Below, piece after piece: positions 59,633 through 64,000 of a DNA stretch of 64,000 bases. A program made the translations under genes and the position numbers. The first letter of the stretch is position 1. Every line of letters starts with the position of its first letter. This DNA comes from Candidatus Fervidifonticultor sextus. Lineage in GTDB: Bacteria; Sysuimicrobiota; Sysuimicrobiia; Sysuimicrobiales; Humicultoraceae. The stretch spans positions 34,354 to 98,353 of the forward strand of contig JAVKHQ010000008.1 of the NCBI GenBank assembly GCA_031459875.1, in the 5' to 3' direction. A model generated the notes under the pieces. It was not told where the DNA came from, made no database searches, and saw nothing but the letters and a program-made list of their open reading frames with translations.

Positions 59633-61238
59633 TCACCAGCACCCACCCCGCCGGCATGCGGGCCAGCACCCGGTGGGGGAAGCGGCCGCGCAGTTGCGCG
59701 TAGTAGTCGTCCTCGAGCAATCCGAACGCCCCGCCCTCCCGCGCCCAGTGGCGCAGGAAGGCCTCTCGATCCCGGGACGTCGGGAAGACCAGCCCCGGGT
59801 CGAGCGGCGGGCTGAGATAGTAGAAGACGAAACTCGTCTCGCCCATGATGTCGCCGGCCAGCACCAGCCGATCGCCCGGCCGCTGGTGCTCGCGGACCAC
59901 AGCAGCGATCGAGCGCCACGGGTACATCCACTCCCAGCGGCTGCGGACGCTCCATTCTATCATCCCATAGGCGACAAGCGTCCCCGCGGCCGCGACCGCG
60001 ATGGCCCGGCGTCTGTAGCCCCAAAGACCCGCCGCCCCTGAGGCCACGAGGGTGAGGAACATCGCGATCCCGCCGGGCAGGAAGATGCCGTAGATCAAGA
60101 GGTCCTTCCCACCAAATCTCGAGCGGCTCAGCCAGACGGCCGCCAGTCCGGCGACGCCGACGGCCAGGGAGACCGCCCCCGCCCACCGCGCGGCCCGCCG
60201 GTCATCCATGGCCAGGGCCAGGACGCGGCCGGCCAGCACCGCCAGCGGCGGGAAGCACGGCAGGAGGTAGCGGATCTCCTTGTCTGCGGGCGAGACGGAG
60301 ATGCCCAGGAAGTAGAGACCTGCCCACACCGCGCACAGCTGCAGCGACGCGGAAGCATTCCGCAACGCTCGCCACCCCGATCGCAGCGTGGCCGGAAGCC
60401 AGCCCGCCCAGGGCAGGAAACCAGCCGCCAGCAGCGGCACGTAGGAGAGCAGCGCCTGCCAGTACGCGTGCCGGGGTCCGAACCGCGTGGCGAAGAACCG
60501 GCCCACGCCGACGTCGCCCCGTAAGAAGAACGTGTCCACGAAGGCCGAGCCCCGCGTGATGACCCCGGCGGCGAACCAGGGCACCGCGATCACCAGGAAG
60601 ACCAGCGTCCCGACTCCGACCTGGCTCCAGCGCCAGTGCCCGACCCGGCCGCGACGCCAGGCGATGGTCAGGTCGACGGCGACCACACTCCCGAACACCA
60701 CGGCAGCGACGATCCCCTTGGTCAGGACCGCCAGCGCGATCCAGATGCCGGCCAGCACCGCCCCGGCGGTCCGGCCCGAGCGGTAGGCCAGGTAGTCGGT
60801 AAATCCCAGGGTGAGGAACAGCGCCAGGGGGACGTCCTGCTGGGGAAAGAAATTGTGGTAGAAGGCCTGCAGGGTGGTGGCGTACACGAGGGCGGCCAGC
60901 ACCGCCCCATTCCCACTGCCGTCCACGCGAGCCAGGCGGTAGATTGCCAGCACCAGGGCCACGCCCAGCAGCGCGTGCCACACCCGCAGCGCCAGGGCTG
61001 TCTCCCCGCCGACCCGGATCGAGAGGGCGACCAGCCAGAGGGTGAGCGGCGGCCGGGGCACGAGTCGAGCGTCGGGCCGCAGGTTGAGCCAGTCGCCGGA
61101 GGCCAGCATCTCCCTGGCGACCACCGCGTACAGCGCGTCGTCGCTGTCGATGGTCGGGAGGAGGAGCGCGGCCAGGATGCTCAGGCACGCGGCCACCAGC
61201 AGGGCGAACCAGACTCGGTCGTGGGGCGCGATACTCAT
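59622..61238 (-). CDS. ArnT/PMT-like membrane glycosyltransferase (GT-C)
   Basis: DDALYA..AREM..SGDW, PPL..W, LTKG, PWF, RYLLP..PPLA; many TM helices. Confidence 0.88.
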   Translation of the reverse strand: MSIAPHDRVWFALLVAACLSILAALLLPTIDSDDALYAVVAREMLASGDWLNLRPDARLVPRPPLTLWLVALSIRVGGETALALRVWHALLGVALVLAIYRLARVDGSGNGAVLAALVYATTLQAFYHNFFPQQDVPLALFLTLGFTDYLAYRSGRTAGAVLAGIWIALAVLTKGIVAAVVFGSVVAVDLTIAWRRGRVGHWRWSQVGVGTLVFLVIAVPWFAAGVITRGSAFVDTFFLRGDVGVGRFFATRFGPRHAYWQALLSYVPLLAAGFLPWAGWLPATLRSGWRALRNASASLQLCAVWAGLYFLGISVSPADKEIRYLLPCFPPLAVLAGRVLALAMDDRRAARWAGAVSLAVGVAGLAAVWLSRSRFGGKDLLIYGIFLPGGIAMFLTLVASGAAGLWGYRRRAIAVAAAGTLVAYGMIEWSVRSRWEWMYPWRSIAAVVREHQRPGDRLVLAGDIMGETSFVFYYLSPPLDPGLVFPTSRDREAFLRHWAREGGAFGLLEDDYYAQLRGRFPHRVLARMPAGWVLVIKP

Positions 61239-61270
61239 CGTCTGGCCACCAGGACCCATCCGGACGGCGT

Positions 61271-61738
61271 TCAGTCCTGCTCCTCGATGACGGCGTCGTA
61301 GGTCAGCTGGACGCATCCCTTGAGCGTCTGGGCCACCGGGCAGCCGCGCTCCACGACCGACAGGGCCCGCTCGGCCTCGGCGCGCCGTCCCCGGGGGATG
61401 GTGAGGTGGTACGTGACCTTGATGTGCGAGACCTTCATGACCCCCTCGGGCGCCGTGATGGTGCCTTCGGCTTCGGTCCACAGCCGGTCGGGGTAGGACG
61501 GGATTCCGCGCGCCTCCAGCGCGCCCGCCAGGGTCCCTGTGAGTCAGCCGGCCGCCGCCGCGACCAGATAGTCGAGGGTCGACGGCAGCGGCTCCTCGGG
61601 GGTCGTCTTGTAGAAGTCCGCGATGCCGGCGTGCACCCCGAAGTAGATGGGCTGCGGGAAATCGGCGATGTAGGCCCGCCGCTGCGGCCGCTTCTCCTGC
61701 ACCACCCGGACCTTGGACAGATGAACGACGTCGCTCAC
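61271..61738 (-). CDS. OsmC-like protein with in-frame UGA (probable selenoprotein, 155 aa)
   Basis: GGAGGAGG RBS and GTG. TLDYLVAAAAG-TGA-LTGTLAGALEARGI...RGCPVAQTL: UGA (61546-61544) is at the first catalytic Cys position and the frame continues 90 codons. Confidence 0.85.
61508..61524 (-). promoter_or_regulatory. Candidate bacterial SECIS hairpin
   Basis: GCGCGC-UGGAG-GCGCGC starts 20 nt after the UGA, with G at loop position 2. Confidence 0.55.
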
Positions 61739-61902
61739 ACCGTCCCCTCCTCCGACGGGCATCCCCGTGATCTGCCACTTGTTCTCCTACGGCAAGCCCC
61801 CGCCTCCTGCCCGCGCCATCACCCCGGCCCCGCGAGGGATCCCCGAGGTCGCACCGAACAGTGGTGCAGGCTCTACGACCTCGAGCCACGAGGAGGCGGG
61901 CG

Positions 61903-62697
61903 ATGAGCGGGAGGACCGTGATCGTCACCGGCGCATCCAGCGGCATCGGCGAAGCCACCGCGCGGGCCTTCGGCCGGGCCGGCGACCGGGTGGTGCTGGC
62001 GGCCCGCCGGGTGGATCGTCTGAACCAACTGGCCGCGGAGCTGCCGGAGAGCCTGGTCGTGCAGGCGGATCTCACCAGGAGCGAGGACGTGGCGCGGGTC
62101 GTGGAATCTGCCCTGGCGCGCTACGGGACGATCGACGTGCTGGTGAACAACGCGGGCCTGGGTCGCTACGACTGGCTCGAGCGCCTGCCCGAGGAGGCCA
62201 TCCAGACCGAGATCCAGGTCAACCTCGTCGCGCCGATCCTCCTGACCCGGGCCGTGCTCCCATCCATGCAGGCGCAGCGGCGCGGGGTCATCATCAACGT
62301 CGGGTCGGTGGCCGGCAAGATCGCCACGCCGACCATGGCGATCTACAACGCGTCGAAGTTCGGATTGGAGGGGTTCAGCGAAGCCCTGCGGCGGGAGGTG
62401 GGCCCCCAGGGCATCCGCGTGTGCGTGATCTATCCCGGGCCGGTGCAGGGGACGGAGTTCGGGGCGAAGCGCTCGGGGCCCCGCCTGGGGGTGACCGGGC
62501 CGCGGTGGCTGCGGACAAGCACGGATCGGGTGGCGCACGCCATCGTGGGACTCGCCGACCGTCCGCGCCCGCGCCTCGTCCTGCCCTGGATCTACCGCGT
62601 CGCCATCGCCGTCAACCTCCTGGTGCCCGGCCTGGTAGACACGCTCGTCTCCCGGGCCGCCCGCCGGGCTCTGGGGCAGAGCGCGGCGCCGGATTGA
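61903..62697 (+). CDS. Short-chain dehydrogenase/reductase
   Basis: [17 protein letters not shown]. Confidence 0.94.
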   Translation: MSGRTVIVTGASSGIGEATARAFGRAGDRVVLAARRVDRLNQLAAELPESLVVQADLTRSEDVARVVESALARYGTIDVLVNNAGLGRYDWLERLPEEAIQTEIQVNLVAPILLTRAVLPSMQAQRRGVIINVGSVAGKIATPTMAIYNASKFGLEGFSEALRREVGPQGIRVCVIYPGPVQGTEFGAKRSGPRLGVTGPRWLRTSTDRVAHAIVGLADRPRPRLVLPWIYRVAIAVNLLVPGLVDTLVSRAARRALGQSAAPD

Positions 62698-62782
62698 CAA
62701 CCCCTGGGGAACGCGAGAGGATGAAGGCGCCCTCGTAGCTGTCGGGCAGGCGATGGGGAGCAACGGGAGAGGCGGAGACGAG

Positions 62783-62986
62783 ATGGCGAGAGGGTCAGTC
62801 AAGTGGTTCAGTGCTGAGAAAGGCTACGGGTTCATCACCCCAGACGACGGGACCAAGGACCTCTTCGTCCACCACACGGCGATCAAGGCGGAAGGCTTCA
62901 GGACCCTCACCGAAGGTGACAAGGTTGAATACGAGGTCGCCCAGGGGCAGAAGGGTCCGCAGGCCGTCAACGTTCGGAAAGTCTAG
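62783..62986 (+). CDS. Cold-shock protein (CspA family)
   Basis: VKWF..EKGYGFI (RNP1), LFVHHTAI (RNP2), [10 protein letters not shown]. Confidence 0.97.
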   Translation: MARGSVKWFSAEKGYGFITPDDGTKDLFVHHTAIKAEGFRTLTEGDKVEYEVAQGQKGPQAVNVRKV

Positions 62987-63846
62987 GTTCCCGCCGGCCC
63001 CGACCCCCGCTGTCGCCCGTCCGGATCGCCGAACCGGGCCGCGAACTTGACGGCCCGAGGGCCTGTGCGGAGCGGGCGGCGGTAGGCGCACGCCAGGATC
63101 TTCACGGCATCCCGGCGCGAGAAGGTCAACTGCGTCAGTCCCCGATGGCCCGACGGCCCCAGCGTGCCCGTCCTCACCCCGCAGATGGCCTGCAGCGCCT
63201 GGTTCAACCCTTCCATGAGCGGGAGAGGTCCTGCCAGCGCCAGCGACCGCAGCGAGCGCGGAGAGGGGGCAACGGCGCGCGTCCCGCCGAAGGGCGGGGT
63301 GCGTCGGCTGCCCTCCAGGTACCCCCGCACGAAGTCGGGCACGAGCGCACGCGGGATGAACTCGACCGGAACTGAGCCTTCGTTGGGGGCCGCGGCGATC
63401 CCCCACTGGAGGAGCGTTTCGGCCAGGCTGCGATCCCGGATGTAGACCTGGCGCCCCTCAAGACTGCTCTCCACGACCTCGCACCGGACCCGGCCCATGC
63501 CGAGATCCTTCAAGAGCCACTGGACGTGCTCGGTATCCTGCGGATGGATCGCCAGGACCAGGGTGGAGAGCAGGTGCTGGCCGGCCACGCGCCCGCCGGC
63601 GGCGATGTAGCCGAGCCAGTACATTTGCAGGGCGGCGTTGGTCGGCAGGGCGCCGCTGTGGAAGACGTAGGGATTCCGCAGGGCTTCGGGGTGCGAGGTC
63701 GGCCTGAGGACGCCGAGCACCGTCATCGGCGAGAGGCCGTGCTTGACGGCGATTTCCGAGGCCGTCAGGCCGGTCGCTCGATCCTTGTGGACCTCGTAGA
63801 TCGTCCGGGGATCGTGCCGGGTGGGCAGTCGCGGGGAACGTCTCAC
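62983..63846 (-). CDS. HTH plus degenerate double-LAGLIDADG-like protein
   Basis: [18 protein letters not shown] (HTH-like); [10 protein letters not shown] and [10 protein letters not shown] sit at the two LAGLIDADG helix positions. Confidence 0.7.
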   Translation of the reverse strand: MRRSPRLPTRHDPRTIYEVHKDRATGLTASEIAVKHGLSPMTVLGVLRPTSHPEALRNPYVFHSGALPTNAALQMYWLGYIAAGGRVAGQHLLSTLVLAIHPQDTEHVQWLLKDLGMGRVRCEVVESSLEGRQVYIRDRSLAETLLQWGIAAAPNEGSVPVEFIPRALVPDFVRGYLEGSRRTPPFGGTRAVAPSPRSLRSLALAGPLPLMEGLNQALQAICGVRTGTLGPSGHRGLTQLTFSRRDAVKILACAYRRPLRTGPRAVKFAARFGDPDGRQRGSGPAGT

Positions 63847-64000
63847 CTGTTCAGTGTACCACGTCTGGCCTGCGCCTGCCGAGTGAGCGAATCGCGCCGC
63901 CTAAACTGTTACCCGGGGACCTATCGTCGCGCCATGTGATATGTTACCCGAGCAAGCGACTGTCTTCGGCCCCCGGGAGGAATACACCAGTGAGTCCAAC

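Noticed and set aside
59622..62075. 817-aa ORF as one large glycosyltransferase
   Set aside because: The N-terminal 279 codons overlap the OsmC-like and SDR genes in other frames; the real gene starts at ATG 61238.
62983..63846. Group I intron or intein around the LAGLIDADG-like ORF
   Set aside because: No interrupted host gene and no intein splice motifs (N-terminal Cys/Ser, C-terminal His-Asn).

Overview
A 64-kb, very GC-rich bacterial chromosomal segment with no CRISPR array, prophage or transposase. It holds about 65 CDS and one tRNA-Leu(GAG). Bases 1-6 kb carry a GCS2 ligase, a Crp regulator, secG, the tRNA and a di-cupredoxin/SCO pair. Bases 6-35 kb are an aromatic-catabolism island: two Rieske oxygenase alpha/beta pairs, a dihydroxyphthalate-decarboxylase-like protein, a damaged Fe/polyamine-type ABC system, three bicupins, a ThDP enzyme, an orphan EutA-like ATPase, TctCAB and pcaCHGIJB. 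An ATP-dependent DNA ligase follows. Bases 38-53.5 kb are an IclR-linked operon of unknown substrate (LeuCD-like hydro-lyase, ICL/PEPM lyase, LIV-type ABC, 2 flavoproteins, 2 PrpD/MmgE proteins, cyclic amidohydrolase). Mixed genes fill the rest. Best leads: (1) a 58-aa secreted peptide with a duplicated EGPREEIR core, driven by a promoter with a CRP-type box at -41.5, next to a Crp regulator (candidate peptide-signalling module); (2) an OsmC-like protein with an in-frame UGA and a SECIS-like hairpin (selenoprotein, truncated in the ORF track); (3) the bicupin/EutA-like/ThDP/TTT module without EutBC; (4) a free-standing, catalytically degenerate HTH-LAGLIDADG protein. All family calls come from motif recognition by eye; no database search was run.
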